Shown here: positions 54,858-64,000 of the stretch, in pieces
Numbering within the stretch: position 1 is the stretch's first letter
Layout: every line of letters begins with the position of its first letter
Assembly: GCA_964555235.1 (NCBI GenBank)
Contig: CAZKRU010000007.1
Coordinates: 10,359-74,358 of the forward strand
Origin: an uncultured Verrucomicrobiota bacterium
GTDB lineage: Bacteria > Verrucomicrobiota > Verrucomicrobiia > Methylacidiphilales > CAMAQI01
Reading direction: 5' to 3'
Length of the DNA stretch: 64,000 nucleotides
Program-made: the position numbers and the translations under genes
The notes under the pieces: generated by a model
The model's input: only the letters and a program-made list of their open reading frames with translations
What the model was told of the DNA's origin: nothing
The model's database searches: none

Positions 54858-56653
54858 TCAATTTTCCCCATCGGATGGCTTTTCTGATCTGGGGCTTGAA
54901 TGGGAAGACGAATAATAAAAGTGGTTCCTTTCCCCAATTCCGTTTCGAAATGAATCGTCCCCTGATGTTGGTCCACGGCAATCGCATGAGCGATGGTAAG
55001 TCCTTGCCCGACGCCCTTCCCGGGATCTCTTGTCGTAAAGAAGGGATCAAAAATTTTCTCACGGATCTCCTCACGAATTCCCGTACCCGTATCCTGAATC
55101 CGGATTTCGACCCAAGCACCATCCTTTCGCGTTTCAACGGTGATCGTTCCTTTTTTTCTTTTGCCCCCCTCAACATCACGAATGGCCTGCCCCCCATTCA
55201 GCAAGAGATTCAGAATCATTTGATTAAAGTCGCACGGCACGCAACAGACCGGCGGCAGGGTGGAATCAAAATGGGTTCGAATCTCCGCTACCGATTCCAG
55301 TTCCGCTTTCGCCAACAAGAGCGTGTTTCCAATCGCCTTGTTGAGATCCAAAGGAACCTTATCCTGCGTCGAGTCATGGGAAAAATCCCGCATCGCCTGA
55401 ACAATCATCCGGACTCGTTCGATCCCCTCCAACGATTGCTGGATCGCGGAAGGAATTTCCTGAAGTAGATATCCCAAATCAGGCGATTTTTTTTGTGTCG
55501 CTGCCCCCTCTCCCAGGGACGCTGGCGGGGGGAGCCCCGGTTCCTTTAAAAGCGGACTGAGGGTCTGGAATGCCTCTTTTAAAAATTGCATATTATCGCT
55601 AATATATTGAGCCGGGGTATTGATCTCATGCGCGATTCCCGAGGCCATTTGTCCGATCGACTTCAGTTTCTGCACCTGATGAAGCTGTCGCTCCATCCGG
55701 ATTCGCTCCTGTTCCGCCTTTTTGCGCTCTGTCACATCCCGGGAAACAATCACGAGGCTCTTTCCCATTCCCTGTTCATCCTGGGTCACGCTCCCCTTCG
55801 ATTCCAAATAACGCCATGACCCATCCTGGTGCTGAATTCGATATTCAATCAACTCCCCGACTCCTGAAGAAAGGGACCGCTCCGCCGCCTCAATCACCTT
55901 GGGGCGATCTTCAGGATGAACTTGCTCAAAAGAAGAACTCTCGCTGAGTTCGCGAGGGGAATAACCGAGTATTTTTTCGTACGAGGGACTGTTGTAGAGG
56001 CGTTTTCCCTTTCGATCCACAATGACGATCAAGTCCTCGATGTTCTCGGCAATCAGACGAAAGTTCTCTTCATTTTCCCTCAACGTCTTTTTCTGAACCG
56101 TGACCAGGCTCTCCATCTCGTTCAGTTTTTGCTTCGAGAGCCTCAGTAAATCCCATTTTTCGGTGAGCGCATGCGCCAACTGCAGGACTTCAACACTATC
56201 AAAAGGCTTTTTGAGAATCAGCAACCGGTCGGATTGTCCCAGCTTTTCCATCATCTCATCCCATGAGTAGTCGGAGTAAGCCGTGCAAATCACCACCTGC
56301 AAGTCCGGATCAATCTCCCAAATCTTTGAAATCGTCTCCACTCCGTCCCAACCAGGCGGCATCCGCATATCCACAAATGCCATGGCAAAAGGAGTCTTCT
56401 TTTCGACGGCCTCTTGAACCATCTTCCAACCGTCCTGCCCCTGAAAGGCGGATTCCAACTCAAAGGAGGCATTGGCCGACGGAGCCTTCACAACTTCGGG
56501 CGCGTCAAACAGCGAAGATTCTAATTCATCTAACTTTTTACCGGTTTCGGAGACGATGTTTCCCAGTATTTTTCGAAAATCTTCATGAATGGAATGCGTG
56601 TCATCAATCAACAAAATCCGGCGGTTTTTCGTGGTCTGATTCATATTCCCCAT
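54854..56653 (-). CDS. Hybrid REC-PAS-histidine kinase
   Basis: [18 protein letters not shown] receiver; VHPEDR PAS; AHEINTP H-box. Confidence 0.9.
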   Translation of the reverse strand: MGNMNQTTKNRRILLIDDTHSIHEDFRKILGNIVSETGKKLDELESSLFDAPEVVKAPSANASFELESAFQGQDGWKMVQEAVEKKTPFAMAFVDMRMPPGWDGVETISKIWEIDPDLQVVICTAYSDYSWDEMMEKLGQSDRLLILKKPFDSVEVLQLAHALTEKWDLLRLSKQKLNEMESLVTVQKKTLRENEENFRLIAENIEDLIVIVDRKGKRLYNSPSYEKILGYSPRELSESSSFEQVHPEDRPKVIEAAERSLSSGVGELIEYRIQHQDGSWRYLESKGSVTQDEQGMGKSLVIVSRDVTERKKAEQERIRMERQLHQVQKLKSIGQMASGIAHEINTPAQYISDNMQFLKEAFQTLSPLLKEPGLPPPASLGEGAATQKKSPDLGYLLQEIPSAIQQSLEGIERVRMIVQAMRDFSHDSTQDKVPLDLNKAIGNTLLLAKAELESVAEIRTHFDSTLPPVCCVPCDFNQMILNLLLNGGQAIRDVEGGKRKKGTITVETRKDGAWVEIRIQDTGTGIREEIREKIFDPFFTTRDPGKGVGQGLTIAHAIAVDQHQGTIHFETELGKGTTFIIRLPIQAPDQKSHPMGKIE

Positions 56654-59052
56654 TAGGTTTGATATGGAATTTCCAAAACAAACTCTGCTCCCTTTCCTAA
56701 ACCCTCACTCAAAACCCGTAAAGATCCGTTCATGCCAACTGCCGCAATGGCACTGCTATGCAATCCAAAACCATGCCCATCCTTCTTGGTCGTGAATCCA
56801 TGCTCAAAAATACGGTCGAGATTCTCAGCCTTGATCCCCATACCGTTATCAATCACCCGAATCCTCACGAGATTCTCTTGATGCCTTTCCAGACGAATGA
56901 CGGTTCGCTTATCGTCCCCATCGGAGTCGGAACAAGCGTACTTGGCATTGCTGATCAGATTGACCAAAATCTGCAAGGTCTTGTGTTTGTCGATTTTGAA
57001 GGGAGGAATCGAATCATATTCGCGAACAATCTTCACTTCGTGACGGGAAAGGGCATCAGCATGCATCGCAATCGCATCATCGATCAAGGATGAAATTGAA
57101 AGCACTTCGACCAAACCGGAGGCATGAGCATAGCTTTGCTGCAGGGCGATAATGTCCTTGATATGATCCACATTTTTCTTCAGTCCGGTCAGCTCCTTGA
57201 GAAGCTTCTCCTGTTCCCCCGACAAGTGTTCCGTCAAAGTCTCCAAATAACCCGGCAATTGCTTCCCCCGGTTATCGCTGGTCATGAAATTTCCAAGGTC
57301 GTGTTCATGCTCGCGCAGAAGAGCGGAGACTTTTGCAACCGACGGAATTTTTGATTTCTGGATCGACTCCATTAACACCCCAGTGGCAACACAAACACTA
57401 TTGAGCACATTCCCGACATTGTGAAGCACCCCTGTGGCGATCTCAGCCATTCCGGAAACGCGGGAGGCATCTACCAACTCCCGATGCGCCCTCTCCAACT
57501 CCGCCTCGGATCTTTTCCGAGCAGTAATATCTAAAAGAATTCCCTGAATTCCCTGAGTCTGAGCACCGTCACCACTCATGGCAATCTTGATCACCTGCAT
57601 GTGGAGAATCTCCCCGTCATCCTGTCGAAATTCCTCCTCCCCGTTCAAAACTCCTCCGGATGCGAGCAACTTCTCATCCTCCGCGAGATAGCGCTTCGCC
57701 TGTTCCTCGGGAAATAAATCGACATCCCTCTTTCCCAGGATTTCAGACGTCGGTTTTTTGAGAAGGCGACTGAAGAGCCGGTTCACAAAGACATAGCGTC
57801 CCTGAACATCCTTTCTAAAAATAGACTGCGGCAGCGTCTCCACTAAGGTATGATAAAATTGCTCCGAGGATTTCAAGGCCTCCTCGATCTGCCGGCGTCT
57901 CACAATATCTGCCTCCAATGCTGCATTCGCGTTCTTCAAGTCTTCCGCCTGCTTTTGCAGCGGTCCGCTGATACTACGCGTCACAAAAGAGACGAATCCA
58001 ACCGCAGCCACCAGCGCAAAGACCGTCAACACGAGCGCAGATATTTTCTTTTTCTGATAGTACTCGATCCGCGTCTGCAGCAGGACATCCAGCTCTTCAG
58101 ATGCCACACGCCACAACTTAAAGCTGCTTTCAAAAGCCCGATTTCCTTCCGCTAAAAAATCTTCCTCGGCAACAATAACATCCCCAAACGCCACCACAAT
58201 CACTTGATCCGCAAAAGAATTGTTAGCTTCCTCGTATTCCTGGAGTGGTAGGAGAATGTTTTTTTGAAATGTCTCACTTTTTCCATAAAAATTGACATCT
58301 TCATTCAAAGAAGTCCGTAGGCTTGCGCCAATGCGTTTCAGATCCACCGTCTGAAGTAATGAGGCATAAACGCTCATCTGAACACGATCACTCGCTCGAT
58401 GCCTCAACAAGCCCCCCCCATAAATCATCATTTCCGTCAAACGATCCTGGGTCTCCGGCAATGCTAACAACGTGACATCCATCAAGTAATAGCTATCCAG
58501 ATCGGGATCCAAAATGAGATTGGACGTATCCCCCGCATGCGTGATCATTTCCCGAATATCCGCAATTAAGTGTAAATGTTGCTGATTACAAAGATCGCGA
58601 CGCACTTGAAGAAAACGGAGCTTTTGACTATTCCACTCGTCCCGTACCGTCGACACTCTAAAATGGGAGCGGGATCGCTTTTTCAAGCCCTCTTCGGTAA
58701 ATTGAAGATCATCTCCGTATTGCTCATTTATTTTTTCAAGTCGATCAAACGCTTGGTCGACTTGTGTTTCAATCAATGCAATCTGCTCCACAATAGTCTT
58801 AGGCGGGGATTTTTTGCGGGAAATTTCATCATGATATCGCACCAGCAATAATTGATGCTTTGAGATTGCTTCCAGAAGCTCCATCAAAGGCCGCTGGTAG
58901 GCATTTCCTATTTTCTCCAACTCTGTAAATCGTATGTTCTCATTGATATTGCTCACCATGAGAACCAGCATCAACGAATTCGGGAGGATGAAAAACAAGC
59001 TGATTAAAGCAAGCTTCTGTGCCACCGCCAAACGATTAAGAAATCGAAACAT
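56653..59052 (-). CDS. Membrane sensor histidine kinase with PAS
   Basis: Two TM helices flanking a periplasmic domain (SNLILDPDLDSYYLMD), PAS, GVLHNVGNVLNS H-box. Confidence 0.9.
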   Translation of the reverse strand: MFRFLNRLAVAQKLALISLFFILPNSLMLVLMVSNINENIRFTELEKIGNAYQRPLMELLEAISKHQLLLVRYHDEISRKKSPPKTIVEQIALIETQVDQAFDRLEKINEQYGDDLQFTEEGLKKRSRSHFRVSTVRDEWNSQKLRFLQVRRDLCNQQHLHLIADIREMITHAGDTSNLILDPDLDSYYLMDVTLLALPETQDRLTEMMIYGGGLLRHRASDRVQMSVYASLLQTVDLKRIGASLRTSLNEDVNFYGKSETFQKNILLPLQEYEEANNSFADQVIVVAFGDVIVAEEDFLAEGNRAFESSFKLWRVASEELDVLLQTRIEYYQKKKISALVLTVFALVAAVGFVSFVTRSISGPLQKQAEDLKNANAALEADIVRRRQIEEALKSSEQFYHTLVETLPQSIFRKDVQGRYVFVNRLFSRLLKKPTSEILGKRDVDLFPEEQAKRYLAEDEKLLASGGVLNGEEEFRQDDGEILHMQVIKIAMSGDGAQTQGIQGILLDITARKRSEAELERAHRELVDASRVSGMAEIATGVLHNVGNVLNSVCVATGVLMESIQKSKIPSVAKVSALLREHEHDLGNFMTSDNRGKQLPGYLETLTEHLSGEQEKLLKELTGLKKNVDHIKDIIALQQSYAHASGLVEVLSISSLIDDAIAMHADALSRHEVKIVREYDSIPPFKIDKHKTLQILVNLISNAKYACSDSDGDDKRTVIRLERHQENLVRIRVIDNGMGIKAENLDRIFEHGFTTKKDGHGFGLHSSAIAAVGMNGSLRVLSEGLGKGAEFVLEIPYQT

Positions 59053-59523
59053 AGGTGATTTTCCCCGTCAACATCCCCAAGAAGCTCTTAAAATCTAATT
59101 AAGCACCGATTTGCTTTTTTTCAATAGAGCCACTGCATTATCCCCACATTAGGGGGATTTTTAATTTACTGGTATCGGCTTGTTTCTTCGCTCAATCTTA
59201 GATCCATGTTTTTTCGTGTTTCATCAAAATTTCCAAGGCATTTTCAATGCAAAAGTTGTTTTATCTGCGAATCAGAGTTCCATTCTATTCTCTTCCGGCA
59301 CTGCGGAGTTACGTAAAAACCAAGTCGCTTTGGGACAAGGGTGCTGTGGCGTGTCGGGAACTCATTATTCATTATGCATCCTACGCATCGCCAGCGGATT
59401 CATTTTCATGCAACCTTCGAACATCTCTCCATGATTAAATCACAATGAACGCTCAAAACGAACCGAGAAAAATAGCAAAAATGCTTCACGCCTCGGCGTT
59501 AAGTCAATAGAATCCATACGCAA

Positions 59524-61029
59524 ATGAAACGGGTCCTTATTCCTTCCATTCTTTTGGCATCCCTCCTCGTCTTTCTTCTGACAAACTTACGAACTCCGCA
59601 CCAAAACTCCAACCCGTCGGCCCCCCTTTTGGTCTATTGCGCAGCAGGACTGAAGCCGGTGATTGAACCCGTTGCCAGAGACTACGAAGCCCAATATGGA
59701 ACTAAAATCGAACTCCAGTATGGCGGGTCCGGAACACTCCTCAGCAATCTGGAAGTGAGCCATGTGGGGGATCTCTATATTCCCGCAGACGAATCCTACC
59801 TTGTGATTACTCGCCAGAAAAAACTCACTGCCGAAATCCTCCCACTCGCCCAAATGAAACCATTGGTGGTGGTACAAAAAGGGAACCCCAAAAACATTAA
59901 AAACTTCCAAGATCTCCTTCTTCCCACAGTCCGACTCACGCTGGCCAATCCCGAGGCGGCTTCCATTGGAAAGTTAACTCAAAAATTGCTTCAGGAAAAA
60001 AACCTTTGGGGAAAACTAGCCCAATCCGTCAAAGAAAATGGCGTCTTCAAGCCAACGGTTTTTGATGTCGCTAATGATCTCAAGATGGGTGCGGCGGATG
60101 CCGGCATTCTCTGGGATTCAACGCTTCACCAATATCCGGAACTGGAAGAGGCGCCGCTGCCCCTTTTTCCCGGAGTTGTCAGCACCGCGAGTGTCGCCGT
60201 CCTTAAATCCACCGAACATCCCAGAACTGCCCTTCACTTTGCTCGTTATCTCACGGCAAAGGATCGTGGAATGCTTGAAGTAAAAAAACGGGGATTTAGC
60301 GAGATTGAGAGCGATCTCTGGGCTGATGCCCCTGAGATTGTTCTTTTTAGCGGAGGTATCAATCGCCCTTCCATTGAAGCGACCCTCAAAGAGTTTGAGG
60401 AGCGAGAAGGGGTCTCGATTGTGACCAGCTTCAACGGGTGTGGCATTCTGGTTGGAGAGATGCGTGCAGGGAAGCGACCGGATGCCTACTTCGCCTGTGA
60501 CAGTTCCTACATGCACCAAGTTGCCGATCTCTTTTTCACTCCAAGGGAAATCAGCAAAACGGAGATGATTATCCTGACCGCCAAAGGAAATCCTCTCAAA
60601 ATCCAAACCCTTCGCGATTTGACCAAGCCCGGGGTCCGGGTGGCGATCGCCAATGAAAAATATAGCGCCCTCGGCGGTTTGACCAATCGTCTCTTTCGAA
60701 ATGCCGGAATCTACGAAGCCGTTCAAAAAAATATCACCTACAGCGATGCGCCGACAGCGGATTTCTTAACCGTCCGGGTAAAAACTGGACGCGAAGATGC
60801 TGCGATCGTCTATCTCGTCAATGCCTTGAAGCTCCAGTCTGAATTGGAGATAATCCATATTCCGTTTCCATCACCCGCAGCGATCCAACCGATCTCCATT
60901 GGAAAATCGACACACTACCCCCGCCTGATGCAGCGGCTCATCGAAACGCTATCAGACCCTTCGAGCCAGTCACGCTATGAATCCGCCGGATTCCGATTTA
61001 TCCCTCAGCCCAATCCAACTCAACCTTGA
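59524..61029 (+). CDS. modA: Molybdate ABC substrate-binding protein, two tandem SBP domains
   Basis: VYCAAGL...YGGSGTL...NPEAASIG and a second unit LFSGG...FNGCGIL...KGNP; upstream of modB/modC. Confidence 0.82.
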   Translation: MKRVLIPSILLASLLVFLLTNLRTPHQNSNPSAPLLVYCAAGLKPVIEPVARDYEAQYGTKIELQYGGSGTLLSNLEVSHVGDLYIPADESYLVITRQKKLTAEILPLAQMKPLVVVQKGNPKNIKNFQDLLLPTVRLTLANPEAASIGKLTQKLLQEKNLWGKLAQSVKENGVFKPTVFDVANDLKMGAADAGILWDSTLHQYPELEEAPLPLFPGVVSTASVAVLKSTEHPRTALHFARYLTAKDRGMLEVKKRGFSEIESDLWADAPEIVLFSGGINRPSIEATLKEFEEREGVSIVTSFNGCGILVGEMRAGKRPDAYFACDSSYMHQVADLFFTPREISKTEMIILTAKGNPLKIQTLRDLTKPGVRVAIANEKYSALGGLTNRLFRNAGIYEAVQKNITYSDAPTADFLTVRVKTGREDAAIVYLVNALKLQSELEIIHIPFPSPAAIQPISIGKSTHYPRLMQRLIETLSDPSSQSRYESAGFRFIPQPNPTQP

Positions 61030-61835
61030 CGCTGATGACCCAATATCGCTCCTCTTCCAATCTGCCTTTTTTTATCGCTTTCGGAATCTTAGGCGGAAGC
61101 TATCTGGTTTTCCTCACCGGGCTCCTGATGGCCGATGCCACCTACCTCAAAGGGGGGGCTTTTGCGGATATTTTTTCAAGCCCGGAGATCCGCTTTTCGA
61201 TCAAGCTCAGCCTCCTCTCCTGTACGCTCACGGCACTCCTTTCCCTATGGGTGGCGGTTCCAATCGGCTATCTGATGGCTCGACATTCCTTTCCAGGCAA
61301 GGAACTGATCGATGCCATTCTCGATATCCCGATTGTCCTCCCCCCTTTAGTCATTGGACTGAGTCTTCTCATTTTTTTTCAAACCCCGATCGGTCGGGCC
61401 ATTGAATCCGTTGCCCCGGTCACTTACGCAATTCCAAGCGTCATCCTCGCCCAATTCATGGTTGCCTGCGCGTTTGCCATCCGCGTCATGAAGACGACCT
61501 TCGAACATTTGAATCCCCGTCGTGAACAGGTGGCGTTGACCCTTGGCTGCAACCAAAGTCAGGCCTTTTGGCTCATTACCTTTCCGGAGGCCCGCAAAGG
61601 ACTCCTCACCGCAGGAACGCTTGCCTGGGCGCGAGCCTTGGGCGAGTTTGGTCCCATCCTTCTCTTTTCAGGAGCGACCCGAATGAAAACCGAAGTGCTC
61701 CCCACCACTGTTTTTCTTGAAATGAGCGTTGGCAATATTGAGCGCGCAGTAGCGGTTTCCCTGTTGATGATCATCGCCGCCATCGCTGCGCTGATGGTGA
61801 TCCGAATTTTAGGTGCGAGAAAGGAGTTCGCGTGA
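61026..61835 (+). CDS. modB: Molybdate ABC permease
   Basis: DIPIVLPPLVIGL, EAA-like loop, WARALGEFG. Confidence 0.88.
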   Translation: MTLMTQYRSSSNLPFFIAFGILGGSYLVFLTGLLMADATYLKGGAFADIFSSPEIRFSIKLSLLSCTLTALLSLWVAVPIGYLMARHSFPGKELIDAILDIPIVLPPLVIGLSLLIFFQTPIGRAIESVAPVTYAIPSVILAQFMVACAFAIRVMKTTFEHLNPRREQVALTLGCNQSQAFWLITFPEARKGLLTAGTLAWARALGEFGPILLFSGATRMKTEVLPTTVFLEMSVGNIERAVAVSLLMIIAAIAALMVIRILGARKEFA

Positions 61836-62479
61836 TTCGCATTGATAAACTCTCTCTCAAGGCTGGAGCTTTCATTCTCAATGACATCTCCATCGATCTT
61901 CCAACTGGCTCTCACGTCACCTTGATGGGAAAGACCGGCTGCGGTAAAACCTCCATTCTGGAATCCGTTTGCGGCTTGAGAAAAATTGTCTCCGGAAAAA
62001 TATTTCTCGATGAAGAAGACGTAACCCATTTTCCACCGGGAGACAGGGGAATCGGTTATGTCCCCCAGGATCTTGCCCTCTTTCCAACGCACACCGTCAA
62101 GGCGCATCTGGAGTTTGCCCTCAGAATTCGAAAAATGAGCGAGCAGGAAATTCAACTTCGGATTGCGGATCTCGCCAAATTGCTGGACATCACCACGCTT
62201 TTGGATCGGACCCCCTACGGCTTGAGTGGTGGAGAAAGCCAGCGGGTGGCTCTTGGTAGGGCCCTCTCCTTTCGACCGAGATTCCTCTGCCTTGATGAGC
62301 CGATGGCGGCATTGGACGATCAGACGCGAGATGAAATTTATGATCTGATTCGAAAGATTCGCTCTGAAACCGGGGTTACCATCTTCCATGTAACCCACAG
62401 CCTTGCCGAGGCCGAGGCACTCTCCGATCAAATTATTAAATTGGAAAAAGGAGCCCTTCAGACGATTCGTGCCAGATGA
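61832..62479 (+). CDS. modC: Molybdate ABC ATP-binding protein
   Basis: GKTGCGKT, YVPQDLALFP, LSGGESQRVALGRA, LDEP, VTH. Confidence 0.88.
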   Translation: MIRIDKLSLKAGAFILNDISIDLPTGSHVTLMGKTGCGKTSILESVCGLRKIVSGKIFLDEEDVTHFPPGDRGIGYVPQDLALFPTHTVKAHLEFALRIRKMSEQEIQLRIADLAKLLDITTLLDRTPYGLSGGESQRVALGRALSFRPRFLCLDEPMAALDDQTRDEIYDLIRKIRSETGVTIFHVTHSLAEAEALSDQIIKLEKGALQTIRAR

Positions 62480-62509
62480 GATACCGGTTGATCCCGAACG
62501 ACGCGTTGA

Positions 62510-63100
62510 ATGAAATTTATGAACTGGGACGAATGCTACCAAAAAGGGGATGTCTTCTGGGACAAGGGAATGCCGGCACTGGCAATGAAGCAATATCTGG
62601 AGCGTCATCCGGTGAGCGGGCGCGCGCTGGTTCCGGGCTGTGGTCGTGGGCATGAGGTGGCATTGGCGGTCGAATTTGGGCTGGATGCAATCGGTCTCGA
62701 TATTGCACCGACCGCCGTGGCCGAGGCGCGTGCGCTTTATCCGCAGTTGACGGAGCGATTCGTGATCGGAAATTTGTTTGATCCTCCCACGGAACTGCGC
62801 GGTGCTTTTGATCTGGTTTTGGAACACACCTGCATGAGTGCCCTCCCCCCGACTCTGCGCGCTGACTATCGACGCGGCATTGACCAAACACTGCGGCCCG
62901 GTGGCTTGCTGATCGGCGTCTGGTATATTAATCCTGCGCGAGATCCGGGTGCAGAAGGCCCGCCCTTCCCTCTCCCCGTGGAAGCACTGACCGAGCTCTT
63001 TTCCGGCGGTTACGAAATTCTGGACGATTATGTGCCCGATCTTGCCTTTCCCGGGCGCGAAGGCCGTGAGCGCGTGCGTGTGTTGCGGAGAGTGGTATAA
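62510..63100 (+). CDS. TPMT/thiol-halide SAM-dependent methyltransferase
   Basis: WD.G...ALVPGCGRGHE, GLDIAP, EHTCMSALPP, GPPF. Confidence 0.85.
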   Translation: MKFMNWDECYQKGDVFWDKGMPALAMKQYLERHPVSGRALVPGCGRGHEVALAVEFGLDAIGLDIAPTAVAEARALYPQLTERFVIGNLFDPPTELRGAFDLVLEHTCMSALPPTLRADYRRGIDQTLRPGGLLIGVWYINPARDPGAEGPPFPLPVEALTELFSGGYEILDDYVPDLAFPGREGRERVRVLRRVV

Positions 63101-64000
63101 TGATGAGAGGCACAATCTACTTACACGGCTTGGCGATTGCATTAATGATGTTTTGCCGAGTTCAAGCCTCCTCCCCCAACGAGGCTCCGAAAGTCCCCAT
63201 TCCTGCAATTGAAATCCTGAGTGATCTTAATAACGATGGCCTGATCGATTCCTTAGATGAGGGTCTGCGAACTTCTTCCGATCCAGAAAAATCAACGGAG
63301 TATCTTTTCGTTAATGATGATATTTCAAATGGCATTCATGGAGACCGCGACGATCCGATTGCGCCACAGGGAGCTGCAAATGATGATGATGTCGAGGAGT
63401 TAAAAATCAAATGTGATCTCAGATCTGGATTTGCTTGGTTTGAATACCCTGCCCTCGTCAAACTGCAATTTTACGAGGATAAAGCCTGCAAGAAAGAGGT
63501 GATCTTTCCGTGGAACCTTTCAGAAAATAAAATACCAGAGCGAGTTTTCATTCGAGCCAATGAAAGCATGACGATGGAGATCGAGGGGGACCTTGTTTTT
63601 AAGGCGGGTAAGAGTGATAAAAGTAAAATTGACGCTGAATGTAAGTTAAAACTCACGATCGTGAAGCAGGTCGGAGACAAACATTTCTTTCAAGCCGCAA
63701 AAGACTCAATTCAGGAGCAAAATCTCTCCACTTTGAGAAATCGGTTCTATCCGGACGCCAGAAAAAACAATTTTATGGAAGTCGTCGTATTTCAGGAAGA
63801 TCGAACAACTTTTACAGCGCTTGATGTGAATAGCGCTGTAAGTAGTCGGCCTGAGACGATCCACAAAGTCGCCGCAACCTACCCCGAATATGACGTGATA
63901 ATGAATGGAACTTTGGCGGGCCCCATTAATTACAATCAAGGCATCTACCCGGAGATTTATGGAGCCGTGATCTCAAACGGAGTCCTTGGAGCCTCTCGTT
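63100..64000 (+). CDS. Secreted protein with Ca-binding-like DxNxDG motif (runs off window end)
   Basis: Manual translation MMRGTIYLHGLAIALMMFCRVQA...SDLNNDGLIDSLD; frame open to 64000. Confidence 0.65.
   Translation, partial: MMRGTIYLHGLAIALMMFCRVQASSPNEAPKVPIPAIEILSDLNNDGLIDSLDEGLRTSSDPEKSTEYLFVNDDISNGIHGDRDDPIAPQGAANDDDVEELKIKCDLRSGFAWFEYPALVKLQFYEDKACKKEVIFPWNLSENKIPERVFIRANESMTMEIEGDLVFKAGKSDKSKIDAECKLKLTIVKQVGDKHFFQAAKDSIQEQNLSTLRNRFYPDARKNNFMEVVVFQEDRTTFTALDVNSAVSSRPETIHKVAATYPEYDVIMNGTLAGPINYNQGIYPEIYGAVISNGVLGASR

Noticed and set aside
59060-59523. Moco riboswitch or ModE box upstream of modA
   Set aside because: I could not recognise either motif by eye; an Rfam scan would be needed.
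61559-63208. 549-aa minus-strand ORF
   Set aside because: Antisense shadow of modB, modC and the methyltransferase; no recognisable motifs.

Overview
Bacterial chromosomal window. Gene content and REP-like palindromes suggest the PVC group (Verrucomicrobia-like); this is inference. It appears to span the replication terminus. Bases 1-14 kb are housekeeping: argC, rpsI-rplM, mqnE, prfC, an RND pump, a SWIM-SNF2 helicase and a J-domain protein. Bases 14.05-42.7 kb form a ~28.6-kb conjugative island with VirB2/3/4/5/6/8/9/10-like genes, VirD4, a HUH relaxase, a primase, ArdC, ParA, a DUF6036 toxin-antitoxin-like pair, a ClpB-type AAA ATPase and a phage-type replication initiator with internal 22-bp iterons and a C-terminal DnaA domain-I-like module. 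I could not recognise any integrase in it. It is bounded by a 19-bp direct repeat that is part of a 28-bp dif-like XerC/XerD site: the right copy is near-canonical and the left copy has a degenerate XerC arm. The + strand appears to switch from G-rich to C-rich near the right copy. The main candidate novel system is therefore a self-replicating, T4SS-encoding element that hijacks host Xer at dif. Its tra operon may only gain a promoter on circularisation, it carries a dispersed TAGTAnnnTACTA operator, and it has an antisense mini-gene that mimics the VirB5 C-terminus. To the right lie an MCP remnant, an IS5-family element, a ~14-kb multi-kinase signalling operon with a RedB/RedC-like pair, modABC, a methyltransferase and a partial secreted protein.
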